A DNA stretch of 61,445 nt, the filler included, from Choristocarpus tenellus KU-1152 (taxonomy: Eukaryota > Protista > Phaeophyceae): assembly GCA_964200185.2 (NCBI GenBank). It is 9 parts of 9 records of this genome, joined end to end, with 100 filler letters (N's around TTAATTAATTAA, not from the genome) between each part and the next. Parts side by side here need not be neighbours in the genome. Positions count along the whole stretch, not along the records: positions 35,864 to 44,256 come from CAXNAD020004768.1; positions 44,357 to 48,141 come from CAXNAD020017942.1; positions 48,242 to 51,892 come from CAXNAD020018728.1; 6 more parts are not named here. One strand, written 5' to 3'. The first letter of the stretch is position 1, and each line of letters opens with the position of its first letter. Below the pieces are notes generated by a model. It searched no databases. It had not been told where the DNA came from and saw nothing but the letters and a program-made list of their open reading frames with translations. Below are positions 37,058 through 49,867 of this stretch, one piece after another. The translations under genes were made by a program, and so were the position numbers.

Positions 37058-40000
37058 GTGTTATTTGCATACCGCTTATGCACGGGAGAGCTTACTGGTC
37101 CAACAAGTAAGCTAGTGGAGGCCCTAGAGGAATCCCCCCTCCTTAGGGGTGTGGGTCCAGAGGATATTATCAACACCCTCCGCCCATTGGCCACAAAGGT
37201 GGAGCACTGTTTCACTCATTGGGCTAGTAGTGACTGGAGTCCACTTACCTTCAGCTACCTAACCAACTAAAAAACGTCAAAATGCTCTCAAATGCAACAA
37301 GTTGTTCATCCACAGTCACACAAGCGGTTCATTGATGCAGCATTTCCTTTGCTCCATAAGAAGAACAAGGATCACCTAGCACTGTGGTTCCCATGATGCT
37401 TGTCAATCCTTGCTTAATAGTACTCAAGCGGTAATTGTACCAATGTACTCAAATTACCCCTTCCAACAGTCAGACTGGTGGATCTGTTGATTCCCCATTC
37501 TCTCCTTGTAGACTAACGCAGTGAGCTGTGATTCCATCCTTGGACTTGACCTTGACATCCATGTATGATTGATACAATGTATTCCAGGGTACATAATATC
37601 TGTATGAGCCAAATTTGAACCCACTCAATCTTTGCAATGTGGTAGATCGGTGCTCGAGGCAATTATTTGGACCTACCAGGATTCAATATTAAAAAAATGG
37701 CTCAGTTCTCCCCCCCCCTCCCAACTGCAACTGCTTTCCTCAGGGCATCAAGGTGAGTCCCTTTGCCCGTGCCTCCAAGATGCTGGCTATCCAACTAACC
37801 CAAGCAGAAATAGCATTCAATAAGGAAGGGATCAGCAGCATCCCCTGCACATCCTACACAATCCAGGTGCACACTATCAACCCCAAACGCCATCCTCTTT
37901 GTCGGCTCATGAAAAAAAAACTTTCAGCTGTTAGCCGCAGATCACAAAAAAAAATCTTGCAAGTACAGCAATGGTAAGTGAAGGTTCATAGTACACATAG
38001 AAACGACTTGGCCGTGTTATTGAGTGAAAGTATCTTGGAGGGTACGAATTTTACCCTGTTTGTCTATTTGGGGCTTGACTTCCCAGGGTTTTTTTAATGA
38101 CATTTTCCTACTCCGAAATGTTTTGGAGTAGGAAAAATGTATACATTATGAAAAGGTGTGTTCGGAAGATGGATATTGACACTTCCTAACAAACACAATA
38201 GTCAAAATTACATCAAAATCGCAAAATTGGATTTTGGCCCCCAAACGGACGCGGCTCTACCCTCTAAGATACTTCTACTCATTCGCAAAAGCTGCAGAAA
38301 GGGATGTTGCAAAACAGTTATTCTTTACACATCACATGCTTCTCTTACCCCCCAATTGATCTCACTTACCGACACTCATATACAGGATAGAAACGAACTG
38401 GAACAGGTTTGCAGTGCAGAGGCTTGTAGCTGGCTTCCGTATCGCTTGAAGTGCCTTCGAGGAGAGCATACGTAGCATTCAAAAAGCAAACTCTAAGCCG
38501 AACTCCTGCTGTGGCATGTCCCAACTGCATTTGGCCCTACTAATCTCATCCAGGTTTCATATTGCATGCGCATACACAGAGTCCAGCGGAACTATGATCA
38601 ATTCCAGGAGCTACACAAGGGTCTGTCACAAGAACTGGTCGTCCTGCCGGATTTCCCGTTGGGGGGGGGGGTGTCAACACTCTTTGGTAAGAACTGTTCT
38701 GTTCTGTGCAGACTTAAAAATAAGTTCAATGGGCTATATCAAGAGATAGGGTCCTTCCCAAAAACGTTTCAGCCTCTCTTGGATACTTGATGCTGCCCAC
38801 ACTGCTGCTGACAGGCCATTTTTTCCTTGTTCAGCCCACTATCTTACAAAATCAATGGAGATAATGGGTGTGCCTAGAGAATGAAGATGATACAGAGAGA
38901 CACCCTGTTGTACTGTCCGTAGTACTGAGAATAGAAAGATCTGTTCATAAATATTCCGGAGCTAGGTTCTTGCGCTCTTCACCCATTATTGAGGCTAATG
39001 TCTGAAAGTGAACGGTGAAATCCTCTCTGTACATGATTTTGGTTGCTGTTAGTACTGGGCGTTGCTCTACTGTTGTGAGTAAAATTATCTTAGAGGGTAG
39101 AGCCGCGTCCATTTAGGGGTTAGAATCCAATGTTGCGGTTTTGATGCAATTTTGGCTATCCTGTTTGTTAGGAACTGTCAACATCCTTGTTCCGGACACA
39201 CATTTTCATGACGTATATATTGTACCTACTCCGAAACATTTTGGAGTAGGAAAATGTCAAAAAAAATACTCCATGGGAAGCCAAGCCCCAAATGGACAAA
39301 CAGGGCAAAACTCGTACCCTCTGAGATAATTTCACTCTGTCTAATACAATAGCAGTATCATGACAGTTGTTCCGAATGAGAAGAATTAGAGAGATCATCG
39401 CTGCAGCCAAATATGCTAACCCTAAACCTTTGAATACAAGGGTAAAAAGAGGGTTGAAGTTGTCCTAAAGTGTCCGATAGCATTCTCAAACTGTCCATTC
39501 AAAGCAAATTCAAGTGCTGCTGAGTTCAGAGTCAAAGTATCTTAGAGGGTAGAGCCACGTCTATTTGAGGGCTAAAATCCCAATGTTGTGATTTTGATGT
39601 AATTTTGGCTATCGTGTTTGTTAGGAAGTGCCAATATCCTTGTTCCGGTCCTACACATGACGCCTACTCCAAAACATATACATCTTACCTACTCCGAAAC
39701 ATTTTGGAGTAGGTAAATGTCAGAAGAAGCCTGTGGGAAGCCAAGGTCCAAAACGGACAAACAGGGCAAAACTCGTACCCTCTAAGATAATTTCACTCTT
39801 CAACCCTAAGGGTGATCGGTAAATCGAAAGCCAAAACGGAAAGTACTGCATACCTTTAAAAACATAACCAAGAAATTGATGGCATCTACCGCACAAAGAA
39901 CAAGAATAGAAAACGTTTCCTTGCCTCCACTATACAGGGCAAGGAGCACTATGATGCTAAGCACTTGAAACAAACACCCATGTACAGCTTTGCACACGAG

Positions 40001-41405
40001 ATTGATTGTATGTGGTACAGCCTCTCCTGCCCTCCTCACACGTTGCTTAGAGCAGAACTAGACAGGGTATTGGTAGTTCCTCCGTTTTTGGTTGTGCTGA
40101 AGCCTCCATATCAATGACAACCAGGTTGAATCCCCCACTCATACTGTACACTCCATGATGGCAACTCAAGAATATGTGAGTGTGAGTCTAGGCTTGCGTT
40201 TTCAAAACATGAGCCTAGTATTTCTCATACTAGGCATTGAAAACTACCGAGTTTTATATACTACAGGGCATAATGAAAAAAAAAGTTTTTGGTTATTTTG
40301 GTTATAGTGTTCTGTCCATATTGGGTGTGTGTCCGCATATTGCACTGCTCCCGGTCCAGGTGGCAAGGAGGAGGAGGGGCGTGCCCTTTGCCAATATCTC
40401 CAAAGGATTCATACTCTCCTTGCATGGCGAGGGGTTTTCAGTCCACGAGTCATGGACTTCCTCGAGGCATGCACAAAATGTTGTCTTGTTTGAGCACTTG
40501 GTGCGGTGCTATGAAATGACAGATTATGTTAAATGCTTATCATACATAACTGATCCTTGAATCCCTTTGTGGGGCAGCAACGATCACCAGAATTGAACGA
40601 CGGCCTGCTAATAAGAGGGGCTCTTTGTACTTCCTTCCAAACGATGCTGCATCATGGTCACTGGGTGTTTTGGACCAACAGAAGGTTAACCGTAAACAGT
40701 CACAACTCAACCACAGACGCTTTTCCCGGACTACTCAACAGATTGACTTCGGCAGGGTTCACATTGAGGAGGAGGGCAGAGTCATCAGTCAGAACTTGGA
40801 CAGTCGGAATCTCCTCCCTAACACTTGCTGGCAGGTAACACACAACATACCATCAAGGGCAAACGCTATGTGCAGTAATACGGAAGAGAGCAACAACAGG
40901 GAGGGGAATGAAAAAATAAATAAACATTATTCAAAGTTTATGTGCTTTAGCCTGGATCTAAGCACCTTGCATGGTCATCTATTTTTTTGAGAGGAAGACG
41001 GAATTCACAAGTGTGTAGTAGTGAACCCCACCACACACATAATACATACATATATATTGCCAATCCTCACAGTACCCCACCTCTCGCTCTGTTGTAGTTC
41101 TATTGAGTCTCTACTGCCTTTTGTACCGCTGAACTCAAGCCAACACCTACCCACAGGTAGTAGAGGAGTCATGGCTAGTGAAATGGACAAAGTTCGTTCT
41201 CAGTCAGGGAGCTCGACGCTACCTACCACCAGGGAGCATGAACAATGAAGCACTGATGGAAGCACAGGCAAATGTTGGTGCGAGGGCTGGAAGACAGTAT
41301 AGTAAAGAAGGAGTTGATGCCCATGGCACTGGGGGTGGAGCTGCTGGTGGGAAGGGAGGAGAAGTTGGGGGTAGCTGGGGAATGACGAGGCTGGCTCCTA
41401 GAAAG
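37058..41405 (+). CDS. PX-domain plus DUSP-domain protein (internal exons; partial model)
   Basis: Exons 37744-37866 and 38554-38686 give MLAIQLTQAEIAFNKEGISSIPCTSYTIQ|VSYCMRIHRVQRNYDQFQELHKGLSQELVVLPDFP (PX pattern Y.I.V....V.R.Y..F..LH..L.....LP.xP). Exons 40742-40834 and 41157-41405 give EEEGRVISQNLDSRNLLPNTCWQ|VVEESWLVKWTKFVLSQGARRYLPPGSMNNEAL (DUSP pattern W..V...W...W..xV....PPG.x.N..L). Further probable exons at 37058-37198 and 36349-36411; at least one linking exon was not resolved. Confidence 0.7.
38022..38280 (+). mobile_element. MITE family A, full copy in an intron of the PX-DUSP gene
   Basis: 23-bp TIRs; TSD ATT/ATT. Confidence 0.92.
39077..39337 (-). mobile_element. MITE family A, full copy
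   Basis: 23-bp TIRs; TSD TGT/TGT. Confidence 0.92.
39529..39798 (-). mobile_element. MITE family A, full copy with a small internal duplication
   Basis: 23-bp TIRs; flanks TTCA/TTCA. Confidence 0.92.
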
Positions 41406-41823
41406 GTTAGTCACATCTCGGCTGGATTGTGACACCTTGCTAAAAAACGAAGGCTTGGGTTTGGCTGGAGACGCATTTTCCTAAAGAGTTGGAAGGGTCT
41501 CCTTCAACCTCGTACTGGAAAAGATATTGTACCTGATCGGAACGTTATCTCAAATAGTGAAGGTGACTTCTATGAATTATTGGTGATTTGCCCAACCATA
41601 TATTAGGGCTCCGTTTTGCTCAAAAGTTTGTCGTTATTGTTGCCTGTATTGGCATCCACAGTAACGCGCATTCCTACAAGAGCGTACTGTGCTTACAGTA
41701 CTGGTACTGGTACTGTTGCTAGCAGAGATGTTTGCAGTACACTTGCACAAATCACAGGAGCCAATGCAAGGTAAGATGTAAGAGGATACAATAGAGCATC
41801 ATAATCAAGTATCGTAATTCAAA

Positions 41824-42083
41824 GAGTGAAAGTATCTTAGAGGGTACAAGTTTTGTCTTGTTTGTCCGTTTGGGCCTTGACTTCTCATGTGGTTTTTTGA
41901 TGACATTTTCCTAGTCCAAAATATTTCGGATTATTTAAAATGTATACTTTATGAAAAGGTGTTTCCGGAACAAGGAGATTGACACTTCCTAACAAACACA
42001 ATAGCCAAAATTACGTCCAAATCACAACATTGGATTGTGGCCCCCAAATGGACGCGGCTCTACCCTCTAAGATACTTTGGCTC
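41824..42083 (+). mobile_element. MITE family A, full copy
   Basis: 23-bp TIRs; TSD AAA/AAA. Confidence 0.92.
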
Positions 42084-44188
42084 AAATATAAATTGAAGAC
42101 ACCAAGTAAGCTCCAAAGACCTGACTCTAAAAAGTCTCCCTCCCTTCAAGCAACAGTTTTATGCAAATGTGAGTGATCTATTAAATGCAAAGTAAATGGT
42201 GATAGCATTGGGGGGCAGAGGAGGTTCCAGAGTGAACACGCCACACTGGCTCAGTGTCACATAGATGCTCTCCTATTGGCTTCTTTTTGACTAATGGACC
42301 AATGAAAAGGTTAGAGGGAGAGGGGATACGATGTACTGCCGGCATTGATTTTTTCTTTGCCTATTAACATATTATGGTGGTTGTGGGCCAATCTAAAGAG
42401 CAACCATTGGAGCTGAAACAGTTGGCCACGTAGTTGACAGATCGGCCAGTCCACTTGCTCTTTCGGGAAAAAAGGAATGTTGTACATTAATCTCAGTGAT
42501 TTATTATTTTCTATTAACTGGAGTAGCCTGCAATCTGTCAGGAAGGACTTCGTGTGTCATTGTTTTCCACTAGTCCTAGTAGTGTCCACCTCATCTATTC
42601 CACTGGGGAATCAGGAGGACAATAGTCTTCCTTCGAAGCAAACCATGCGCAGACGTTATATACTAAAGCTAGATTGGTCTAGCAGGCAAGAAACAGAATA
42701 AGTTGCATTCCTATTCTAGCTCCTGTGAATGGTTCAATCAGAAGCAAGACATAATTGAAGCATAAATATTGCAGTGATATAGGAGTACATAAATAACTGG
42801 TAAATTTCTGAGTGCAATCTCATACCCGAATCCTTGCAGAGTAGCAAGTCCCCTCTAATGCTTCTGTTGACCCATACTCCTTGTTAAAGCTCATGGTATT
42901 GCGAGAAGTCTCTTTTTATCATTGTTTTCAAAGCACTTGGTTAGGGACAGGGGGTTTGGACTGTGACCACCTGAGTACTCGACAAGATTGGTGACATGAC
43001 AAGTCCCTGGTCAGTAGATAGTATGTCAGCATAAAGATAATATTTGAGGTAGCACAACTCCAACACCTGGTCGAATTTCTCCTTCCAATGTTAGGGTCTT
43101 GTACTAGGGCAAGACTACAGAGTGGTGAACCATAATGTTTGGCGATATTGGATGCTGGTCTATGGAGGCGGGCCATGTCTTGGTCGTTCAACAAAGGACA
43201 TCTACTCAATGCCTGCTATCGGTGAGTGTTGCGGACGATGGATAGAAAGAGGCCAAGCCTGATGGAGGGGAGAGGGATTCAGAATTGGAGTAGTTGATGC
43301 CATCACCTGGTTTCCAAGGGTGTGGTCTTTGAGGTGATTAGAAGGAAAGAAAGGTATTTTTGTTTGGGCAAGCAACACAGAGCTCTTGGAGTCCTCTGCA
43401 TGACTATCTGAGAAAGGAGAGTGGAAGCCACGACCAAGGGATTACGTTTTCTGAAGCCGTGAGTTGTTCCCCCATATAGAAGAAGTTCTACCTGGTTTAA
43501 ACAAAGGGCGGTCTATTTTTCTGTCATCAGCTCTTCCTCGACCTTAGCCAAACCTTGAGTGTTTCAAGACTATCATGTGCGAAAATAGTGTCAGCAACCA
43601 TCGGAAAATACCCCCATACTCCCTGATGCTCCAGAAAACGTTGACACACCCTCCTCGGATCTGTTGCAGCATACAGTGATGCTGTATTCAAGGTCCAATC
43701 TGTAGTCAGGGGGTTCCTTGCAAGAAATCGTTTCTGGCGGGAGTATTTCTTCAAGCTTGCAACAGAACACGCAGGGGCAAAAGAGGCGAGAACTCGGATC
43801 CTACTACATTTGTGTTTCTTTCAAGTTAGGGGTTGGGGGCGAGGTTTTGGGTTCGAGACTCATTGACCCTGGCGCAACTGACATTGGTTGTATATATAGG
43901 CCTATTGGGACAGGGAATGTCGATTTATCCTTTCTCTTTCACACCATAGGCGATGTTTTGAAAAGCCAATTCGCGGTCACTCCTCACACCTTATATTCCA
44001 CTCTCCACTAGAGCTGTGAATCCACACCGATTGAGATACCTCTACGATAGTAGGAAAAAAAAAATCATCAAGAGTTGGGGAAGTGGTTGTCCAAGTATCT
44101 TGGTACCTGAATATCCGGATTCCTAACTGTCATGCTACTAACTCAAGCACAGCACAGCAAGGGGTGCACATCCACAAAATCGTGTTGT

Positions 44189-44256
44189 GAGTGAAAGTAT
44201 CTTAGAGGGTACGAATTTTGTCCTGTTTGTCCATTTGGGGCTTGACATCCCACGGG
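44189..44256 (+). mobile_element. MITE family A, partial (contig end)
   Basis: GAGTGAAAGTATCTTAGAGGGTACGAATTTTG... Confidence 0.85.
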
Positions 44257-44364
44257 NNNNNNNNNNNNNNNNNNNNNNNNNNNNNNNNNNNNNNNNNNNN
44301 TTAATTAATTAANNNNNNNNNNNNNNNNNNNNNNNNNNNNNNNNNNNNNNNNNNNNTGTGGAAT

Positions 44365-44547
44365 GACCCCAAAGCATCTGGGGGGGGGGGGGTCTATACC
44401 AGAGTGTCCATTTGGACCAAAACCAGGAAAAGTGCACTTACAACATCCATTCGACATATGCAACCAAATCACACAAAAATCGCGAGATGAAAAAATTGAC
44501 CCCAAATGGACAGCTGCCACCCCCCGCCCCCCCAGATATTTTGAACC
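44365..44547 (+). mobile_element. MITE family B (~180 bp, poly-G/poly-C TIRs)
   Basis: AAAG(C/T)ATCTGGGGGGG...CCCCCCCAGATA(C/T)TTTG; TSD AAT/AAT. Confidence 0.8.
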
Positions 44548-44636
44548 AATGCTGCTGTTACTGTCTCCATGTATGTACCAGGGCTTAGAAGCACAACAAA
44601 CTCCAGATGGCTCCGGTGGTTCAACGTGATTCCAAC

Positions 44637-46252
44637 CTGTTGTGCAGCCACATCCAGGAACTCTGGGTTGTGTGGGCGAAACTTGACATAAGCCCCTGGG
44701 AGGGGGTGGGCGATGCTCACAAGTTCCATGTGGCTTCCTTCCTGCAGGTGCAGGTTCAGCATCATCCAGTAAGGTAGGAACGCCTTCCAGAAAAAAAAAT
44801 GATGGAACAACAGGAGAGTATCGAGGGTGAGCGCATCATACAAGGGGCGGCACATGTCCTCGAATTCAGTACAAAACTAGTTAAGCTCTGAGAAGGATTG
44901 ATTTTATCGTGCTATGCTGTCCATCTACCAGGGTCTTGGTGCTTGTCTCTGCTTGCTCCACTGCCCAGTGACGGAAAGTCAAACATGGCTCTCCAGGAGA
45001 TGCAGAGATGCAGAGGTCGAGGGAGTTCTCCGGATGGAGTTAGCAGATTATAGAGACTTTTTCCATGCATGACTTGATTTTCGTGAGCTTGAACCCCTCC
45101 AACCCCTTCAACATTGGACTTCTTCTTGCGGAAATCTTGCGTTTATCGTTCAAAGTTCATGTGGCAAGCACTATGGGATGTGGACCTGTGGTATTATATC
45201 ACTGTCACTGTACTTGTGGGACAAAGGAACTGACTTTTTGGGGTTCATAAGTGTGTCGTCCCTGTTCGATATCGGGATGACAAAATGGGGCTCTCTTTTT
45301 TTGTAGTAGAAAATCCGAATTTTTTCTTTACGAGAAGATTCCCAAAAATTTCCCACTTCGGTTGAAGTGAGAAATAGGAGGTTGGAGGAGCGATGTAGTG
45401 TTACGGCATTTGCGGCTTTAATGAGGAGCATTATCGATTCAACTTAAACTGCAACGGATTTCCTGCACATTCATGTCATACCACCAACGAAACTGAAACC
45501 CCGTTTGAGCCACTTCTGTTTGAATATATCTCTTTGTAGCTCTGTGGACCCATAACTCATCAACAACTGGAGCCGGAGAGGATAAATGTTATGTTGAATC
45601 AAGAGACCAATATTTTCTACAGCAGAAATGCTTCTCGTGGTTTGTCAAAAGCTCCTTTTTTTTGTTGAGCGTTTTTGGTGAAGTTTGCGAATGCAGCACC
45701 ACTTCTTTCAATGTTGCACCCCATTTTATTTTTTTTCGACTCATGGTGTGATTGACCCAAATAGACTATTTAGTAGTTTATTTTTGGGTCAACATTGAGC
45801 CAAACCAACTGAGAGGTAGGCATGTTTGGAACCTTTTGCATCCTAAGTCATCCTTCTTGCCCTGTGCAATGCATCCTATTTACCCTATTTTATATCTTTA
45901 TGTGCTCAATAGTGTGTGCAAAATTGAATTCCCCCTCATCCACGCACAAAGGTACACCACAATTCAGCAAAGGCTCTTTCTGCAAATGTACAAAAGGGCA
46001 CATTTTTGCCCTTTGTTGGGATCATCAAAAATGCAATACCGTCTACAATACTCTACCTCTCGGTTGGTTTGACTCATTTTGCGAATTATACTCTCCATTA
46101 GTGACCTAAAGTATCTGGGGGGGGGGGGGGGGGGGGGGGGGTGCTGGCAGGGGGTGCTTTTTTGAACAAAAAAAAAAAAAGGAGAAAATTACATCATTTT
46201 CTTTTTATTTCTTCGGCTTTGTGTTTGTTGTAGGTGTTGTCCGATTGGTCGT

Positions 46253-46297
<45 letters not shown>

Positions 46298-47378
46298 GGG
46301 GGGTCTACGTCAGAGTGTCCATTTTGGACCAAAATCAAGAAAAGTGCATACACATTATCCATCGGACGCATGCAACCAAATCACTCAAAAATTGCGACAT
46401 GAAAAAATTGACCCCAAATGGACAGCTGCCACCCCCCCAGATACCTTGAACCTGTCCCACAAATACCATTTTGCGGGGAAAAATTGACTACGAGAACTAC
46501 CATTGACACAACAGGGTAATCTGAAATGGGAATCCGATTGATGACCACTACTATGTGAACTACTTGTTGGCAACACCACCTAGATGTCTCATCTGGTTGA
46601 ACGGCAGTATTTCGTGTTCTACTTCTTCCGTTGTTCAAAGAAGAAAAAACTGCGACCACCTCGAAGTTAACCTTTTTCGAAGACATACATGGCGTGGTAG
46701 CCTGTTGCCAATATCTAATTACTATTGTCGAAATGCACTCAGCATGAAGGTGTGCAATTACTTCAGTGAATCAACAAGAGATGCAGTTAGGGGTTATTGT
46801 TTATTAATCCCCTCCTGTTTACTCTTCACTGCTAACACGTTCTTCCAAGTACTATGCGAAAAGTGTTCGTCTGACATTCCCAACCCAGACCTGGTCATCG
46901 GGTGCACTGAACTCCAGAACACCACAATATTGAGCAGGAGTTGGTCCATTCACTCCACCTTGACAGGGATTTGACACCTTAAACAGCAAGGGAAGCCTTA
47001 ACCTCAAACGGTGAGCCTGGTGTAGGGTCGAGGAAATTGTGGTGTGACTTGATCGAGATGAGTTCTTGCATTGGGTTAGCAGTTTCCAATCTCCTGGCGT
47101 GGGGAGGCATATTTTCTTGTTCGCTAAGCAGTTGTCTGTTTCTGCAAATCTCAATATCGAAGTCTGCTCGTGTGACCGTTGCATTCGATGTTTGCCCCGA
47201 TGTACATCATTCTGAGCACATTTTCTACCTTGCGGAACGCTGTCTGAGGCATGATGATCTTGTCCGCGAATTCCAGTCCTGGCCTATCCAGACATGCCAT
47301 CGAAAAACAACGATACCTCGCTCTGAATCGGGTTGGCGGTACTCGCCATACACCCCTGGGTTCGTTCATCCCTACCAT
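44637..47378 (-). CDS. UFD1: UFD1-family ubiquitin fusion degradation protein, first three exons (runs off the contig)
   Basis: Exons 47378-47229 (FRARYRCFSMACLDRPGLEFADKIIMPQTAFRK), 47016-46891 (LPLLFKVSN...YCGVLEFSAPDDQ), 44783-44637 (AFLPYWMMLNLHLQEG...YVKFRPHNPEFLD). No signal peptide seen. Confidence 0.9.
46103..46452 (+). mobile_element. MITE family B with expanded poly-G and extra internal sequence, in UFD1 intron 2
   Basis: Same TIRs and core (GTGTCCATTT...CCCCAAATGGACAGCTGCCACCCCCCCAGATAC); flanks AGT/TGT. Confidence 0.78.
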
Positions 47379-49437
47379 CTTACGCGATTCCTAAACACTC
47401 ATCCAGACCACGACGTGTCACAGCTTCGATGGATTAATTAATGGTACGTATAGCAGAGCGTTTCATCCATAATTATCCACAAAACTACGTATAATATCGT
47501 ACAAGAAAAAAAACTTGTACCTTGAGAGGAGACATAAGAACCATTATATCCTTTATAGGAGGGTTTGTATATACCCCTTTGAGCATTTAGGACTTTGAAA
47601 TCTTCTCATGTCTGAAATGCACTTAAGCCTCCTCTAGGGGCAATAGCTGCAGTCGGGACAAATGTCCATACACATGAACACGAAATTGCACTCCAGAGCG
47701 CTGGGAGGACGTCAAGGGAAAGTTTATGAAGTAATCAGAGTTTTGTGGGCGGAAGAATTCTGGTTGGTTGGGGTCACAAGGCAAGGGGACAGGAAAGAAA
47801 TAAAGCTATCAAGAAGGGAATGAAAAGTTAAAGATTGAGTGGTTAAGTGAATAGGTGGCAGACAGAGGCACAAGGGGAGAAGGAATGAACAGTATTGAAT
47901 CAAAGAGGAAACCTGAGGCTGGGGGACAAGATCAGGAGGGCTGGATCAAGAGGACCCCCGAGCAAGCTTTCCCGCTCACCCGCCCTGTCGCTTGCTCACG
48001 ACCGACTTGGATCTTAGGGTGGGAGGGGAGGTCAAGTTCGGGCGGGGTAGATGTCTTCTAGCTCAAAGGCACAGTATGAAGGGGATGATGAAGGGGGGTT
48101 CTTGGATGATTGTGGAGTGGTAAGTGGGGTGGGGTTGAGAGNNNNNNNNNNNNNNNNNNNNNNNNNNNNNNNNNNNNNNNNNNNNTTAATTAATTAANNN
48201 NNNNNNNNNNNNNNNNNNNNNNNNNNNNNNNNNNNNNNNNNGGTGTGGGGTGGGATGTGGTGGTGGTAGTGGTGACTGGGGTGGGAGGAGGGGGTGAGGT
48301 GGGTTGGGGTGTGGGGGTAGGGGGTGCTCCGACCTGTGGAGTGGGGTGGGTGGGGTGTGAGTTTTGGTCCGGGATATTGTGTGGTGAAAAGAGGTGGATT
48401 TGGGATGCAGTGACATTATTCAGGCGATTATGAGCCCACCAGGCGGGGGTCTTTGGCTGGTTAGGGTGGTTTAGGTACGATTGAAAAGCGTGGGAATGGG
48501 TAAGTGTTTTCCACAGTAGGGGCATGTGAGAGGGTGGTTGGCATCTTCGCAGAGGCTAACCATGTGTTGAGGTGGGGTGAGCACCCACAGGGGAGGGTGC
48601 CTTGGTGGTCTGGGGGGATAGGCTCTAGACAGCTAGGGCAGGGAGGGAAAGAAGAGGGAGGGGCTGGGGGGTGGGGGTGTGGGATGGAGAGCAGGCGGAA
48701 TGGTGGGATGGCAAAAGGGGTGGAGGACGATTGTGAGCGGATGGATTCCAGCATGGTTTCGGTTCCCACACTCCTCTTCATGGCAGTGTAGTAGCGTTCT
48801 GGGCTGGCAGGGGTACGACAGGTGGGGCACGGGATGGGATGCAGGGATCTGGTGCGGAAGTATAGAGTCGAGGCACAGCCCACATCCAGTGTGTGCAGGA
48901 GAAAGGGAGTACTAGCTGTTGTGTCAAAAAACAGATTGCACAGTGTTCCAGTGTAAGGTGACGTGGCTGTTGGGATGGGCGTGGGTTGGGGTCCCTGGTG
49001 AGGGAGGCTGGTCGTGAAAGCCCCGTAATATCCTTTATCACCGTCTCTCCTGCCTCCTCCTCATCATAGCTATGTAGGGGTGAGCCCCTCTCCCTGTGAT
49101 CACGATCGTGTGCCTCTACCATCTCTCTAGCCCCATCCCCTTGTGTGCTCGTTTTGTTTTCCGTCCGGGTTTCGCCATCCTGCAGAGACGAGACCTGTCC
49201 CCCTATTTCCAAAGAGGAGTGGTGTGCTCTGCTTGTGCTCCCCCCTCGCCCGTGCCTATCTCGTGGGCTGCCATCCCTATCCTTGATCACCTCCACCTCG
49301 TCCCTGTGTGGACCCGTTCCGCTCTCCGTCCATTCTTCTCCATTCTGTGAGATTGAAATATGTGCGTCTATTCTTGGAGCCGGGTTAAACCCTCCACTTG
49401 TACTAGTTCCTTGCCCCTGCCTGCTTCGTGTGCCATT

Positions 49438-49696
49438 GAGTGAAAGTATCCTAGAGGGTACGGGTTTTTCCCAGTTTGTCCATTTGGGGCTTGTCTTCCC
49501 ACAGTTTTTTAATGACATTTTACCTTCTCCAAAATATTTCGGAGTAGGTAAAATGTGTAAGTTATGAAAAGGTTTGTCCGGAACAAGGATATTGACATCT
49601 CCTAATGAGCTCGATAGCCAAAATTACATCGAAATTGCAACATTGGATTTTGTCCCCCAAGTGGACGTGGCTCCACCCTCTACGATACTTTGGCCC
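49438..49696 (+). mobile_element. MITE family A, full copy
   Basis: TIRs; TSD ATT/ATT. Confidence 0.9.
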
Positions 49697-49867
49697 ATTG
49701 TCACCTTCCTCCCTCATCTCCATAACCCCATCGCCTCCTACTTTGTATATTATATATTGTTTTCATTACTTTTTCTCCTGACACATCTCCAAAAGGTCAG
49801 AGGGCATAATAATTTATAATTCCATGAATATGGATAATCTCACCTACCCCACTAATCCATCATCAAT

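Noticed and set aside
36435-37208. Phase-compatible minus-strand exon chain (CSTFVANGRR..., LSLPSSADN..., LIVSNIDPSEN...)
   Set aside because: Acceptors lack polypyrimidine tracts; the plus strand has stronger splice signals and continues into the PX exons.
42300-42400. YYGGCGPI peptide as the end of the DUSP domain
   Set aside because: Needs a frameshift, is followed by a stop and has no convincing acceptor; probably chance.
46189-46487. Poly-Gly/poly-Pro ORFs and most other short ORFs in the supplied track
   Set aside because: Produced by homopolymer runs, microsatellites, MITEs or antisense frames of real exons.
44637-47378. UFD1 as the symbiont-derived (SELMA) copy
   Set aside because: No signal peptide or hydrophobic leader before the UFD1 domain.
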